From Antedon mediterranea (taxonomy: Eukaryota; Animalia; Echinodermata): a stretch of DNA of 64,000 nucleotides. Below are positions 46,874 through 61,400 of this stretch, piece by piece; the first letter of the stretch is position 1, and every line of letters starts with the position of its first letter. The position numbers were made by a program, and so were the translations under genes. Under the pieces are notes generated by a model, which was not told where the DNA came from, did not search any database, and was given only the letters and a program-made list of their open reading frames with translations. The stretch covers positions 24,011,365-24,075,364 of the forward strand of contig NC_092678.1 of NCBI RefSeq assembly GCF_964355755.1, in the 5' to 3' direction.

Positions 46874-49813
46874 TCATTCTTTTTTGTGTTTCTTCTTCCT
46901 TTTTTTCTTTCCACTACTAGTTTGTTTTATATTTGAGTTATCAGCTTCATCACTGTAAGTTTCTTGTTTTACTTCTTGTTTTACTTCTTGTTTTTGTGGT
47001 GAATATATTACACTCTCATTGTCGGGTTCTATTTTTATTTCAACAGCATTATCTATGTCGTGCTTTTTGTCTTTTTTCTTCTTTTTCTTTTTACTAGACG
47101 ATGTATCTAAAAAACAAGGCCAAAAAGATTGAAAACATATATGTTTGCTTTTAATAATAGTAAAATCTATAATATGAATTATTTGACAAATAAATGATCT
47201 TTGTTCTTCTAGACGTGTAAAACTTTTCATGATTAATAAATGTACTACACAGTACCTAGAACATCAACATCTTTTTCCATTTTTATAATTGAGTCTTCAA
47301 AAGGATTATCTTCTTTTTTGCATTTAGTTTTCATTTTTCTTTTCTTCAACGGAGATCCTAACAAAATATATTAGTAATATGTATGAAATTACAATATTTC
47401 CCTATCTGTTGCCCGTTAATTATACAGAAATTGTCAATAATATTGAACCAGAGAAATGAGTTGGACCCAAGACTATGGTAATGGCAAGCAAGCATGTTAA
47501 CCTTTCTTTCAGTGCCACTACTACAGTACTTTATCATTTTGCTCAGTCATTAATAGATTTCACTAAAATTAAGTTTTGTGAGCTAGTCTTCATAATGTAA
47601 TGTATGCAACATCTCATCTTTTAGTAGTAAAAGCTGAAAAAAAAATTACATGCTACACGCAAGTCACCAGTCTGATGTTGCAGGAAATAATAGAGGCAAG
47701 AATATCTAAGCCAACTTACCACAGCCAAATGGTGTGAAACGCTGTTTGAGATCTTGAGGGATATCAAAACTCATCTTAGGAGGACTCATCGGTAGATCAA
47801 CTGGTAGAACATCTACTGAATTCACAACTGATATCAAACCTTTAAAAGCAGGACCTGTTTAAAGAATTTAATATAAATTTATAATTGGACATAATAAATA
47901 ATATTTTTAGAAGAAGAAAAAAGAAAAATCTGTGACCTGATCGTGTGTCTACCCCAGGGGCATTGTGTTTGGGGCATAGTGTTTGGGGCATAGTGTTTGG
48001 GGCATAGTGTTTGGGGCATTGTGTTTGGGGCATTGTGTTTGGGGGATTGTGTTTGGGGCATTGTGTTTGGGGGATTGTGTTTGGGGGATTGTGTTTGGGG
48101 CATTGTGTTTGGGGCATAGTGTTTGGGGGATTGTGTTTGGGGGATTGTGTTTGGGGCATTGTGTTTGGGGCATTGTGTTTGGGGCATTGTGTTTGGGGCA
48201 TTGTGTTTGGGGCATTGTGTTTGGGGCATTGTGTTTGGGGCATAGTGTTTGGGGGATTGTGTTTGGGGGATTGTGTTTGGGGGATTGTGTTTGGGTGATT
48301 GTGTTTGGGGGATTGTGTTTGGGGCATTGTGTTTGGGGCATAGTGTTTGGGGGATTGTGTTTGGGGCATAGTGTTTGGGGCATTGTGTTTGGGGCATTGT
48401 GTTTGGGGCATTGTGTTTGGGGGATTGTGTTTGGGGGATTGTGTTTGGGGGATTGTGTTTGGGGGATTGTGTTTGGGGGATTGTGTTTGGGGGATTGTGT
48501 TTGGGGCATTGTGTTTGGGGGATTGTGTTTGGGGGATTGTGTTTGGGGGATTGTGTTTGGGGCATTGTGTTTGGGGCATAGTGTTTGGGGGATTGTGTTT
48601 GGGGCATAGTGTTTGGGGCATTGTGTTTGGGGCATTGTGTTTGGGGCATTGTGTTTGGGGCATTGTGTTTGGGGGATTGTGTTTGGGGCATTGTGTTTGG
48701 GGGATTGTGTTTGGGGCATTGTGTTTGGGGCATTGTGTTTGGGGCATTGTGTTTGGGGCATAGTGTTTGGGGGATTGTGTTTGGGGGATTGTGTTTGGGG
48801 GATTGTGTTTGGGGCATTGTGTTTGGGGGATTGTGTTTGGGGCATAGTGTTTGGGGCATTGTGTTTGGGGCATTGTGTTTGGGGCATTGTGTTTGGGGCA
48901 TACGACAGATGAAAATAAATGATTTTGGAGAAAAGTGATAATATATTAACCTGTCTGTAGTTTCTTCTTTTTCTTTGATGGTAAAACAGCTGTAATGTTT
49001 CCAACCTGAATTGAAATTAATAAACAATGTTTAATTGTGGAAATAAATATTACAGTCTCAGTATTCTCAGTAACACATTTAAGTGAGCTACCCTTAGTAC
49101 TTTACCTGTTTTGACTCCTTGACAATTAATTGAAATTGCTTATTTTCACCTAACTTGTATTGAGCATTTTGAATCAGTTTTTTTCCATCTAGAAAACTGC
49201 TTTCAAACTGCAAGAAACAAATAGTATTAATTCATTCTGTATCTATTTTAAATAAATTCTCTTTAGACTTGCATAATTTCTTGATAATTATAATATACAG
49301 GTAGTTTATAATAAATTTCTAAATTTAAACACAAGGCACACAAACCATGGGTAAGTGTTCTGAGTATAAAGCTACTCGGCGATTTAAAGTTTTGCGAGTA
49401 GCTTACTACATTTCGGTCCTGTTACGAGCCAGCCTAGAGTGATTGATACTTACATCAATAGGTGCTCTAATTAACCAAATTTCTTTCTCATTTTCTCCTT
49501 TTAAATCCTCTAAACAGAGACCATCATAATCAGGTTTACATTTTTTGAACTTTGCTGGACAGGTAAATCTAAAAATAACAATGATTAAAAAGCAATGATT
49601 ATTCAATCTGTCCAACCATTTTAATAATAAGATATCTCACTCTTTAACTGAAACTAACTGGCAATCACTGTACAGTTACCGTCAGTAACTGAAGTCTTAC
49701 TTGTCATCACCAGCACCAGATGCTTCTTCTGGTGAGCTTGGTGGCGTTTCACCAGATGCTTCTTCTGGTGAGCTTGGTGGCGTTTCATGTTTTCTTTTCT
49801 TAGGTGTTGACAT
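46874..49813 (-). CDS. POLR1G: RNA polymerase I subunit RPA34/PAF49 (CD3EAP)
   Basis: Minus-strand exons 49813-49701, 49568-49454, 49207-49106, 49005-48951, 47854-47720, 47357-47256, 47106-46874. Motifs KFTCPAKF, EIWLIRAPIDF and IPQDLKQRFTPFG (cf. RFSCPPNF, ELWLIQAPADF, IPPGLRPRFCAFG). Lys-rich C-terminus. Confidence 0.82.
47957..48900 (+). repeat. 14-bp G-rich minisatellite, about 67 copies, in POLR1G intron 4
   Basis: Unit GGGG(C/G)A(T/A variant)TGTGTTT, i.e. GGGGCATTGTGTTT / GGGGGATTGTGTTT / GGGGCATAGTGTTT; 944 bp / 14. Confidence 0.97.
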
Positions 49814-50466
49814 TCTTTTGTTTCAAACATTGGATGCTCAAACGTACTGTAATAACAATAGAAGTAGGCGAAATTGTAATTAAAGGCAATACAAATTAAA
49901 GAGTAGACATTTTTTAGAAGGTGCCGCTACTAAAAAGTTTTAACCATTTATTTAGCATACAGTATAACTTTATTAAAATTGAATTGCACCGTACGTCTGC
50001 TGTGTGTTATTTTACAATCAAATATTAAAACTATTTACATACATCAGATTCTATTCAAGAAATCATGCAGGAAATTCAAAGTTATTTAAAAATGCTAAGC
50101 TAACCTAGGCCTGATTTATCAAATTTCAACTGGCCTACTGAATCACATACGCCCGCCGTGTTTAGTACCCGGGCCCTGCCTGGCGGTACGTTATGCCTCA
50201 TCATAGACAGCCTAGCTAAATAGTATAAACAAACTAATTACTCTAACTGAAGAATCAGTATTGTTACTATTCACTATAAGTATTATTAGAAACTTTTATG
50301 TGCATTTTATACTTTTTTAGACCTGATTTTTAGACCAGTAGTAGTGGAGTAAAGTTTAAAAACCAAAACACGAAAACACGTGCTATGCTACTGCCCTCTA
50401 TAGAAAGACCACATCACAAGATCATCAAAACATTGATTGAGTTTTTATAAGAAATCGGTCGAAAAA

Positions 50467-51835
50467 ATGACAGATTTTAACGAAATTTGCGTAAAGTTGG
50501 ATGAACTAGTTATTCAGTATTTTAATATATTAGATGACCTGAACGCTGAAAGAACGTTGTTAGAAAATTCATTAAAACAAGTAGGTTTTGTTGTATTTTA
50601 AGTGTAGGCCTCAGCAACAAAGCTTCAACAGAAAAAAATACATCCGATTTAAAGTTGTTGTTTAGAGTGAATAATTTGAGTGTGGTCGTTTCGTCCTTTT
50701 AATTTTAGGGATACTTCAACCTATCAAAGGCAAGGTATTCAATGGGAAACAAGTCAGTTGGGAGTTTGCAATACAATTCAAAGTGTATGAAGGCATTAGC
50801 TGAAGTATGTATCAAGTAAGTTCTGAATGCTATATACAGTATACTATTTATTCTTACAAACCAAACTATCTATTATACAATAACAATACAATATTATTTT
50901 TAATACAGATAATTTAATTCGATATTAATTATTTATATTTCATTTGTTAAAATAGTTATTAATTATAATTATTATATTTATTTACTATATAGTGAGACTA
51001 GTGAAGAATGTTTTGAACTAATTCGGAAGAAACCAGAAAAGAAAACAAGCAAGTCAAAAACTGTGCAACAAATTGAATCAACAACCAAACAAACCACTGG
51101 TGGGTGTTGTATGGTATACTGTAAATACTTTATATAAAAAAAAAACAACCACTGGTAATTTAACTACTTACTTTTGTATTTGTTTTAAAGTTCGAAGAAG
51201 AAAGGGACAAGAAGAAAAAAGTGATGGTGATTCTGAGTCAACTTGCAGAATTGAAGAGCTTACAATAACTGACAAGTCGACAGAAAATGAAGGTGATGTA
51301 GAGGTTCTTACAGACCCTATCAAATGGTTTGGTATCCTTGTACCTGGAGTTCTAAGGCACGGACAGGCTGACTTTATACAAGGTATGTTTGCTTTGCAGT
51401 ACTAACACTTAACTCACTTTTATCTGTTAAGCTCTGTCTACACTATCAAACTTGTTTGACAAAAGTGTGATGTGCCCAAATATGGTATTGATATGCCCAA
51501 ATATGGTAGTGATATGACATCATCATGTCCATACATTGGCACATCACATTTTGTTTTCACATAAAGTTTGACAGTGTAGACAGAGCTAATAACAATATGA
51601 CAACTATGTGTATTCACCATAACACTATTGTTTGTCTTATTTCATATTACTGTAGGTAAATATTGTTTGTGTAACATTTCTTTTTTTTCTCCTTATTCCA
51701 TCAGCTGTTTCAACAAGTTGCCGCATTGCAAACTTACAGAAAGAACTTATAACAACGAAAGCAGAATACCGGTCATTATATAGTAAAAAACAACAGTTGA
51801 ACACGGAAAATATCAATACAATAACTGCACAATAA
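50467..51835 (+). CDS. CCDC115: V-ATPase assembly factor CCDC115/VMA22
   Basis: Exons 50467-50580, 50709-50815, 50993-51099, 51191-51382, 51705-51835. Motifs GYFNLSKARYSMGNKSVGSLQY, VRRRKG and DPIKWFGILVPGVLRHGQADF. Confidence 0.88.
51430..51587. mobile_element. MITE family A
   Basis: AGCTCTGTCTACACTATCAAAC...GTTTGACAGTGTAGACAGAGCT; full length. Confidence 0.85.
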
Positions 51836-52499
51836 TAGGCATTGGGCGTGTTTATTTATCACTGTATATTATGGCTTTTTTAGCCTCCTGATGATGATAA
51901 TGTTATAAAATAAATTAAATGCTATTACATGTACTCTAGTTGATATTTCATATGCTAATAAAATATGATATGCAAATTATTATACTCTTGCTTGAGTTTT
52001 ATTTTAACTGCAATTCCTTCTGATTTTTTTTAATTTTTATTTCTTTATTCGAATTCATAAAATAACACAACATAAAAAAAAAATACAAAGAATGAATTCA
52101 GGGTAACACAAAAAAGTAACCAAAGGTCAAACTTATTTCCATTGTGGCCCTGATTTCAACATACATTCATTTTTGTTAAAAGAATAATTTATTCTGGTTA
52201 CATCAACATATATACAAAGTGAAGTTAATTTATTCTGAAATATTAGCGCACCATACTAAGTGTGACACGCTTGACTACACTTTAAAACAATTAGTTTACA
52301 CACGTGACGCTCATACTAATGTGTGACACGCTTGGCTAAGCACGGTTTCATAATAAATCGCCTTGGAAATTTCCATTGTGTTTCGGGACCTACATTACGT
52401 ACGTGGTGGATTGGAAAAGTCATCATGTTAAACATCTTTTTGTAGTTAAATGACATCTAATTTTGTTTAAATTGTTGGGTCCTTTATGTGTATAACGGT

Positions 52500-55400
52500 A
52501 TGGCAGATTTAGGGCGATTTAGCAGCCGAGAACGGTTAGTTAACTCCAATGCTAGGCCAATCAAAATTAGGCCACCGTACAGTAGGCTGTACGTGGCGAT
52601 ACTCGCGTCTGTTGCGGGGATTGGTGGCTTCTTGTTCGGGTACGACACTGGGGTAGTGTCGGGTGCAATGATACTCCTCAAGGATGACTTTAAACTTGAT
52701 ATTGTATGGCAAGAACTTATAGTTAGTGTTACCATTGGAGCAGCAGCCATATCAGCACTTATTGGTGGAGTATTAAATGATCGTTTTGGCAGAAGACCGG
52801 TTATTATAGCATCAAGTTTAGTTTTTGCTTGCGGTTCACTAGTGCTTGCCTTTGCACCCACAATGAATAAACAAGTTCTTCTGATTGGTAGAATTGTTGT
52901 TGGGGTTGGAATAGGTATGTACTTTTAAAAGTTTTCACCATATTTTTATAATAATTCAAATTGGGATCATTATTAGTCTGATAAGATAATGAGATATAAT
53001 TTCATTTCCTTATTTATTCGGTCTATTTCAATACATTAAAAAACTGAAATTAGGGAATTTATAATAATATTACTAAAATAGCACTAACAACATTACCTAG
53101 TCCTATGGGATTTTAAATAGTATATTTCATTTCAGTACATTTTTAATTAATCAACACCAATCTGCCACATACAGTATTTTGGGTAAAAAAAGTATAATAA
53201 TAATATAAATAAAAATAATAATACAATTACTAATCAATATTAAAAAACAATTTTTCATAAAGGTTTTGCATCAATGACTGTCCCAATGTACATAGCAGAA
53301 GCATCTCCGAGTCATGTTCGAGGGCGACTTGTTACCGTCAACAATTTGTTCATTACCGGTGGCCAGTTAGTTGCCAGTGTTGTTGATGGACTGTTCTCCA
53401 ACGATACTGAAAATGGTTGGAGGTATGATTTATTTTTTATGTACATATTTTCTGTATCAAGATGAAATTGTAAATTAAAATTGTTTGACATAAATTTGAT
53501 ATTCTATAGATATAATGTTATGTAATTTTAAACTTAACTCAATTTGGATGACTAGTGTTACAATTACATATGTAGAGAGTATGTCTCATGTTGTGTCTTA
53601 AGCTCTGTCTACACTATCAAACTACAGTACAATAGTTTAACAAAAAAAGTGTGATGTACTAGCCCAAATATGGTAGTGATATGCCCAAATATGGTAGTGA
53701 TATGCCCAAATATGGTAGTGATATGACATCATATATAAACTCTGTTCTGTTCTATTTGAATATGTATACTTTATCCATAAAATCATGATAATTTCACAAC
53801 ATTCTAATAATTATTCTTTATTGTAGAAATGTCAAATCTTCTTATTTATCTTCACATTGTTGGATATAATAAGTTTTATTTAATTAATACCGTACCTGAT
53901 ACTGTATGATATGTAATGTATGAGATGTAATTTTAGACAATATTACTCAATGTTGACGATAGTGTTACTATCTTAGTGTATTAATCTGTTTTATTTGAGT
54001 ACAATATATCTATGATATTTAAGAACATTCTAATTATTCTGTAATAGATATATGCTGGGACTGGCTGCTATACCTGCTTTATTGCAGCTGGTAGGCCTAA
54101 TGTTTCTCAATGAGAGTCCTCGCTGGCTTGTAATTAAAGGCCAGTATCAGGAAGCCAAGAAAGTCCTAGGAAAAATTTATGGCGGAGAAAATAATTATGG
54201 TGAAGAGTTTGAAAGTATACGCACAAGTGTGGAGGAGATGAGAAAGGCTGAAAATCTGGGTAAGAGATTATTTAGTACTGTCTTCTTTCTATTACCTTGA
54301 GTATCACAAAGCTCTGTTTACACTATCAAACTAGTTTGACAAAAAAAGTGTGATGTGCCCAAATATGGTAGTGATATGACATAATCATGTCATGAGTGTA
54401 TTAAATATTAGGCCATAAAAAAACATTGAAAGGGTAAAAAACATTTCAAGAAAAATACTAATATATATTTTGTTGACAAATATAATATATTTAATTTATT
54501 AAAGAATAATTGAATTGAATATAGCAGAGAAGCGTGTTACAAGAATAGCTCTGTATAGATTACACACTATATAATGTTCCATATGTTTCAGATATAATAT
54601 GTTGCAAATGATATGTCATCTTTGCTAATTTAAATATCATTTCCACTTTATATGAAGGATTATGTTGCCACAACCAAGATCTTGTGCTATTTTAATATTT
54701 CTGATATGAATAGAAGCATGCTTGTTATGAGGTTGCTTTTCACGTCAAAGAGGATAATATTTTCGACTTTTGATTAAATCATCTCAATTTGGATGACTAA
54801 TGTTACTATTGATTGTATGCTGTATCTTGTGTGTTTTATTTAAGTTTGTACATACAACATTTCAAATCTAATTCAAATAAAATAATTAGCATTTATGCAA
54901 TTATTCAATTTTGTTTTGATTCTTTTTTCAGGAAATACAAACATTGTAAGCAATATATTGAAAGATTCCCGGGTGAGACAAGCATTGATTTTAGGCTGTG
55001 GATTACAGATGTTTCAACAGCTAGCCGGTATAAATACAGTCATGTAAGTTTGTCTGTCTGTCTGTCCACCAACATTTAAGCAATTACTTTATCCTTCTGT
55101 TTGTCCATCCATTTATAGAGAGGAATGTTCTACCTTCAGTATAGCAGTTTAAAAGCCTTGCACCCAGCCAAATTGTTACCCTTAACATCTTTATACTGTT
55201 GTTTAAGATTATCCACACTAAAGCTCTGTCTACACTACAGTGTAAAACTAGTTTGACAAAAAAGTGTGATCTGCCCAAATATGGTAGTGATATGACATTT
55301 TAATGTCCATACAATATATATATATATATCCAATCTAAACTTTTTTTGTCACCTAAAGTTTGATAGTGTAGACAGAGCTTTACATTGAAAACCCTTTCAT

Positions 55401-58400
55401 TTTCTACATGATACAATATCTATTATCTATTTAATAATTTTATGATATTTTGTTATAAAGACCCTCCCACTCCCAGAATCGGTAAAGGTATATAATTCTC
55501 TTATTTCTGGGTTGTATTGGTTTATTTCTTTTCTATATTCAAATAAGAATTTCAAACATAGAATTATGTATCTTCTTCAACAAGGCTTTATTGTACATAC
55601 ATGTTGCATATTAATTTCTTGTAGTAAGCCTACAGTATAGTTTGTTTGTAGTAGTTTTTTCCAGTCATTTGTGTATATTTATACAAAAGTTGTCATCTTT
55701 TTTTTGAAGGGTTCTTTCAAAGTACAATACATTATCACTAAGGCATTTTTCTTCATCCTTCATTATGCAATTTTGCAACCATCCTTTACTATAATAACAC
55801 ATAATTGTATGAGTGATTTTAAAGGTAATATTTAATTACTTCAGAAGTTGCCTTTAATTAAGGTAATTATTAAATGCTTATAATTGGTTTACTCATCTTG
55901 AAGTCGTTGAAGCCGCTAAGTCAATAACCAGCGTCACAATGTCTTGTTAAAAGGATTAAATTCTGATCTTGATGATGGTTATTAAGTACACGTTCACATA
56001 TGCAAGGGAAATTGGATTTCTACACTTGTGCACACAATCTTCAATTTGTGCAGACTTTCCTTAATTTTCTTTTCTCCTTTGTTCTGTTTCTTACAATTGT
56101 TGCGAAATATCACCATACGGTTTGTTATAGACAAATTTTTTTTATTGCATTTAAATACAATTCTTTTTTTATTTTACCTTATTCTACCTTTCCATAGTCA
56201 TTTCTATATTCTAAAATTTTATTTTCCGATCTTCAACACTTACTTCCGTTTTGAAAATATAAAACATTTAGAATATCAAGAAACTGTATAGCAACGGTAA
56301 GTAACTAAAGTGGTGATACAATCTTATTATACTGAATGATCGATTGATGTTTGGTGTATTATTTCAGTTATCTGGTAAGTGATTAGCCTATAGATAACCA
56401 TCATGAGTTGGTATACTACAAACACGATGAAATAACTATGTATGGAAAAATGACAATTTTAACTTTATTTTTAATTTCTAATGCAGGTACTATAGTGCGA
56501 CAATAATACATATGGCAGGCATCAAAGATAACTCTGTGGTCATCTGGTTAGCTGCCGCCGTCTCTTCTGTCAATTTTCTCTTCACTTTGGTCGGCTTGCT
56601 TCTTGTCGATCGACTTGGACGAAGAAAACTGAGTATCATAAGTATGGCAGGTGAGGTCAGGTTAATTTTATTCTTCTTACAAGAGGATTTACATTCACTT
56701 TATCCATCTCTTGCTTTCTCTGGCCAACCAATTCCCTGTATTGTATGTCCACATATGGCATACAGTACAGTATGTCCAATATCATAGACAAATCCTGTAA
56801 TATAACTCCTGCTTGCATTGTGTTAAATTTACAGTAGGTTATGATACAGACATCACATGTGATATAAATATGACACTGTTTTATAGAGTTTGCATATGAT
56901 ACTGGGCAAATAATAGATACACAGTGCCAGGAATCAGCTACTCTGTCATTTTGTGATTAAATGCATAAAAATTATGCATTTTTCTGCACATTATCCTGCA
57001 TTATATAACATTGCGTTCATATCAATAGTAATTAAGTGTAAATTTATGCCACTTTAATATATTGTACTGTATATGTAATGTGTATGGATGAATGGTATTC
57101 ACAATCACTATTTAAATGCCAATTCATATGCATTCACTACACAATGCTTTTTCAGAATCAAACATTTGTATTATTACTCATTATAACACAATACTTTGTC
57201 TTGATTTAGTAGTTAGTACTTTGGTTTAATGCTGCCTTTATAGGCAACCTGAAGTAACAGTCACACCTCTTATTATCAAATTTCATCTAAAATCACATAT
57301 ACTATATTCCCTTGAGAAATGTAATGTATAGTTTCACAACTTTGTAATTATGAGATTCAGATTTTGAATACAGCCCACACATTATTTGGTTATTTTACGA
57401 TGAATATTAGATTACACATTTATAATAAAAGCAACAAACACAACATTTTATTTCTTTTTTATTCACTATATAATATGCAATCAGAAATAATTTGGACCAA
57501 AAATTAGTTTTAAAATAGCTTTTAAGATGATTTCTGTATAATTAATGAGGGATAGAATCATCACCTAAATTATTTTTTTTCTATGACTGTATTCTTTTGA
57601 AAACATTTAGGGAATCTGAAATATTGCTTTAACCTTTATTTTATACAGTATACTGTATCCTATGGCATACATACATTGAGTTAATAGACTATAGGTTCAG
57701 AATTATAAACAGATAAGTCAGGTTTGAATAGCATACATCCAATTTCCATACACATATTTTAAACATACACTCACATCGCACTTGCGCAGATCACCAAATC
57801 TAGTTTGTGTTGAGCTTTGTCTACACTATCAAACTAGCTTGACAAAAAAAGTGTGATGTGCCTAAATATGGTAGTGATATGACATCATCATGCCCAAATA
57901 TTTTGTCGCATACAATTTTATAGTGTAGACAGTTTTAGGATTTCGTATACACTATACAGTGCTAACCATATTTTGATTTTATAGTTTTACAATCTAACAA
58001 TTGAATCAATAGTTAAAAGAAATAATTATCGACTACTGTAGGAGCAGCTGTAACATAATACCCAAGATAATTTATTGACGTGCAAATCCACGATATTTTT
58101 ACATTTGTTACACATATATAGTCTTTAAAATATAATTACGTCAACTCTTTACAGCTGAAATGTGATTGGATAATTTGAAATTGTCTATAAATCTTTATTG
58201 ACGAGTTAATGAGAAAATACAGTGAAACGTTGAAATTGGATTTGGAGGTTACTTGCATCTACTTAGTTATAACTTAATTGTATAATAATACAGTTCATCT
58301 TGGAGAGTTTATTTTAATCAGAATAAATTAATCAAAAACAGTCAGCCTGACTTACCATCAAATTATTATATCCATATTTAAGCACTATAAAAAAGTAATT

Positions 58401-61400
58401 CAGTAATTTAAACTAACAATAATAAATGAAATGATTTATCTCAATTAGTATTAGTATTTTGGAATGATGTTATACAGTGTACAGTGGGCCTTCTTTCATG
58501 GAGTCTTGTTTTTGTAAATGTAGCCTAATGTACAGTCACAGCAAAGAACTTATAACACAAGAATCTCCTGTTCTTCAATTTGCATTCAAAACACAGTATC
58601 CGAAGTACAGGGTTAAAAGGTCAAACTGGGCGACGCCATTTCACAGCATGGAGCAGCGCCCCCTCCAAACTAGGAAGTCAATTACTCTACCCCCCCCCCT
58701 AGAGTATTAGCGGATCCCCTCTATGATTTTGACTTTCTAATTTGATGCGGGCGTCCTACTCCTCAGTCAATTACTCTATCCCCCTAGAGCATTAGCAGAT
58801 CCCCTCTATGATTTTGACTTTCTAATTTGATGCGGGCGCCCTACTCCATGGCTCACAATGGCGCCACCCATAGCTCTATTCTATCCCACAATGCCTTTCG
58901 AAATTGTTACGCGCTTCGGACGAACAGGAGATTCTTGTGCTATAAGTTCTTTGGTCACAGTTAATAATGAGTTTGAGTTGTGTGTACTGTTATAATAAAA
59001 TCGACTTGCCTACATTAGTTTAACTTTTGATCATCTATCAAATTGATTTGAACCTTTCTTTAGAAAATACATACAGCTTAATTTAGCAAATTCACCAGAG
59101 GATTACTAATTAATATTGAACATGTAGCGTGCATCTGTATAAACATTGCCTGGTCTGTTCACTGTTGACTTATCTTAGCTTTCTCCTCAAGAACCTTGTC
59201 AGGTTTTCAATCAATATTTTTCACGACTACCACGCATCAAGTTGCCATCTGTTTACACAATCTAGCTGTCGTTTATAATTACTTTTTTTTTGTTTTAATT
59301 TTTTCAAATATGTTCATACATAAATACATTTCTTTTGATTTTTGTTTTTGGTGGCCAAATGCAGGGACAAAAAGTTTCCACAGCCTAACATTGGCAAAGT
59401 CTTCCTAGATTACTGACGGTGTACCAGCTACCTTGTGTACAACACAGATTGTTTATATTTATTTTATGTATTTTTAGGTGTTGTTTTTTCACACATATTT
59501 CTTGGAGTAAGTTTTTATTTGTCATCAATGGATTCACCGACAGTTGATTTTTACACAAACAGCACAATCTGCAGTTATAGGTAAGTAGAAATGTTGTCAT
59601 AAAACTCCTACACACTTACCCACACATACAAGGATTGAAAGTTATTACTTAAATTAAAGCTCTGTCTACACTAATCAAACTAGACAGAGCTTTAGATTGC
59701 TTTGCACTTAGATGCAATGTAAGGACATAAAACGGACCACAAGTAATTGACCAATCACAATGCTATGGACGATCAGCAGTCTAGAAACTTAATAATGTAG
59801 TTGAAAATCTATTAATATTAAATTATCTTTCACTGTCACCAAAATTCTGACTTCATTTTTCAATTTTACAATTACATATACACAACAAACTACCTAATGT
59901 TCTATCTGAAGGACAAACAAGTTGACCATTTTCAATTAACTGTCTAAGTGCTTTCATATACGTAATATTATTCAATTTAATCACTTTCAGCACATGTGAT
60001 GGATGTATCCTAAACCAACATTGTGGATTCTGTTATGAAGATTTCAACGGTACGATATCCGATGGAGCGTGTATAGAGGGAGTTCAAGATCAGAACAGCG
60101 TTTCCTGCGATGCTGATTGGGCGTTTGATTACTGCCCCTCACCCTATGCATTCCTTGCTGTCGCTGGAATGGTTCTCTATTTAATGTTCTTTGCTCCAGG
60201 TACAGTCTTAGTAATCATTAATATCATTTGCTTAAAGCCCCATTCCCTACGTTTTTTAGATCTAATTTAAGATCACAAACTATATTTAATGTAAAAATAA
60301 TACTATATGGTCCTATTGCGATAACTTTTTTCGTCTTTAAACGGTTAAAAATGTGAAAAATAAATCGATTTTAATAATTATAGCGGCCCGCTATAAATCC
60401 CAAAATGCATTGCGCGCGGATTGATATTTTTGTTTTTCACCTGTAATTCGCCCACTTTTCGATCGATCGTGAAGCCAAAACAAATGGAAGACTCCTAACT
60501 TTTCAGCGAAAATACCGGGTTTTCCCCAATTTTTATCAACGGAGTCTGGCAAAAATAGAAAGACAATTAATGCAGCAACTATACAACGTCAGGCTAGGTA
60601 TATAGCTAGCGTACGATGTTCGTACGTTACCGATGTTTACCAGCTAGGCCTACAAAACTAAGCCTAGCTAGGCTAGGCCTGAGACCGTCCACGAGAGGTC
60701 GATCGCCGCGAGCTACTTAGGTAGTGCATTGTTTCTCACTTTTTATCATAATTTACCATAAAACGTACATTTAAGACAAGGAATGACATGGTTTAATGTT
60801 TTTAAAGTGATATATATGTATTATTTTCCAAAAAACGTCCAAAATTGCAGGGAAGGGGTCTTTAATATCATTGTTATTATTCGTAAAATAGTAGTGGGGC
60901 TGTAGCAAGGTGGTTAATGTGCTTGCCTTCCAATCCCAAGGTCTAGGGTTCAATCCTGACCTAGTGCCTACTGTAGTTGTAACTCACGACTCTTTCAACT
61001 TCAACTCAAATGAGACTTAGTTTATAAAGCGTAATAAATTATAAAATAGTTTATCCATGCTGTAAGTGGTGAGTTACTCACTGTTGGATGCGTGAAAAAT
61101 AATAATGGTTCTCTTTTTATTCTGTCAGGAATGGGACCAATGCCTTGGACCATAAACTCTGAGATCTACCCACAATGGGCTCGCAGTACGTGCAACTCGT
61201 TATCAACCTTCACTAATTGGACATTTAATCTTGTTATATCAATGACCTTCCTAAGTCTTACTCAAGCAATCACCAGGCAAGGTTTGTACATTATTTTATT
61301 CGATATTTATTTTATTTTACTTCAATTATTCATCAAACAACCGTTGGCCAATTTTCAGTAAAATTTAAAAAATTCATATAATTACAGTCAAAAGTGGTAC

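Noticed and set aside
47842-49027. Long ORFs on both strands (PQTQCPKHN... and GHCVWGIVF... repeats)
   Set aside because: Products of the stop-free 14-bp minisatellite, open in all frames and lying within a POLR1G intron.
50375-52310. CACGTG E-boxes upstream of CCDC115 (~50378) and SLC2A13 (~52301) as TFEB/CLEAR sites
   Set aside because: A 6-8-bp match cannot be distinguished from chance without conservation or ChIP data.
52484-52861. 125-aa minus-strand ORF
   Set aside because: Antisense shadow of SLC2A13 exon 1. The minus-strand ORFs inside the SAMD9-like gene are rejected for the same reason.
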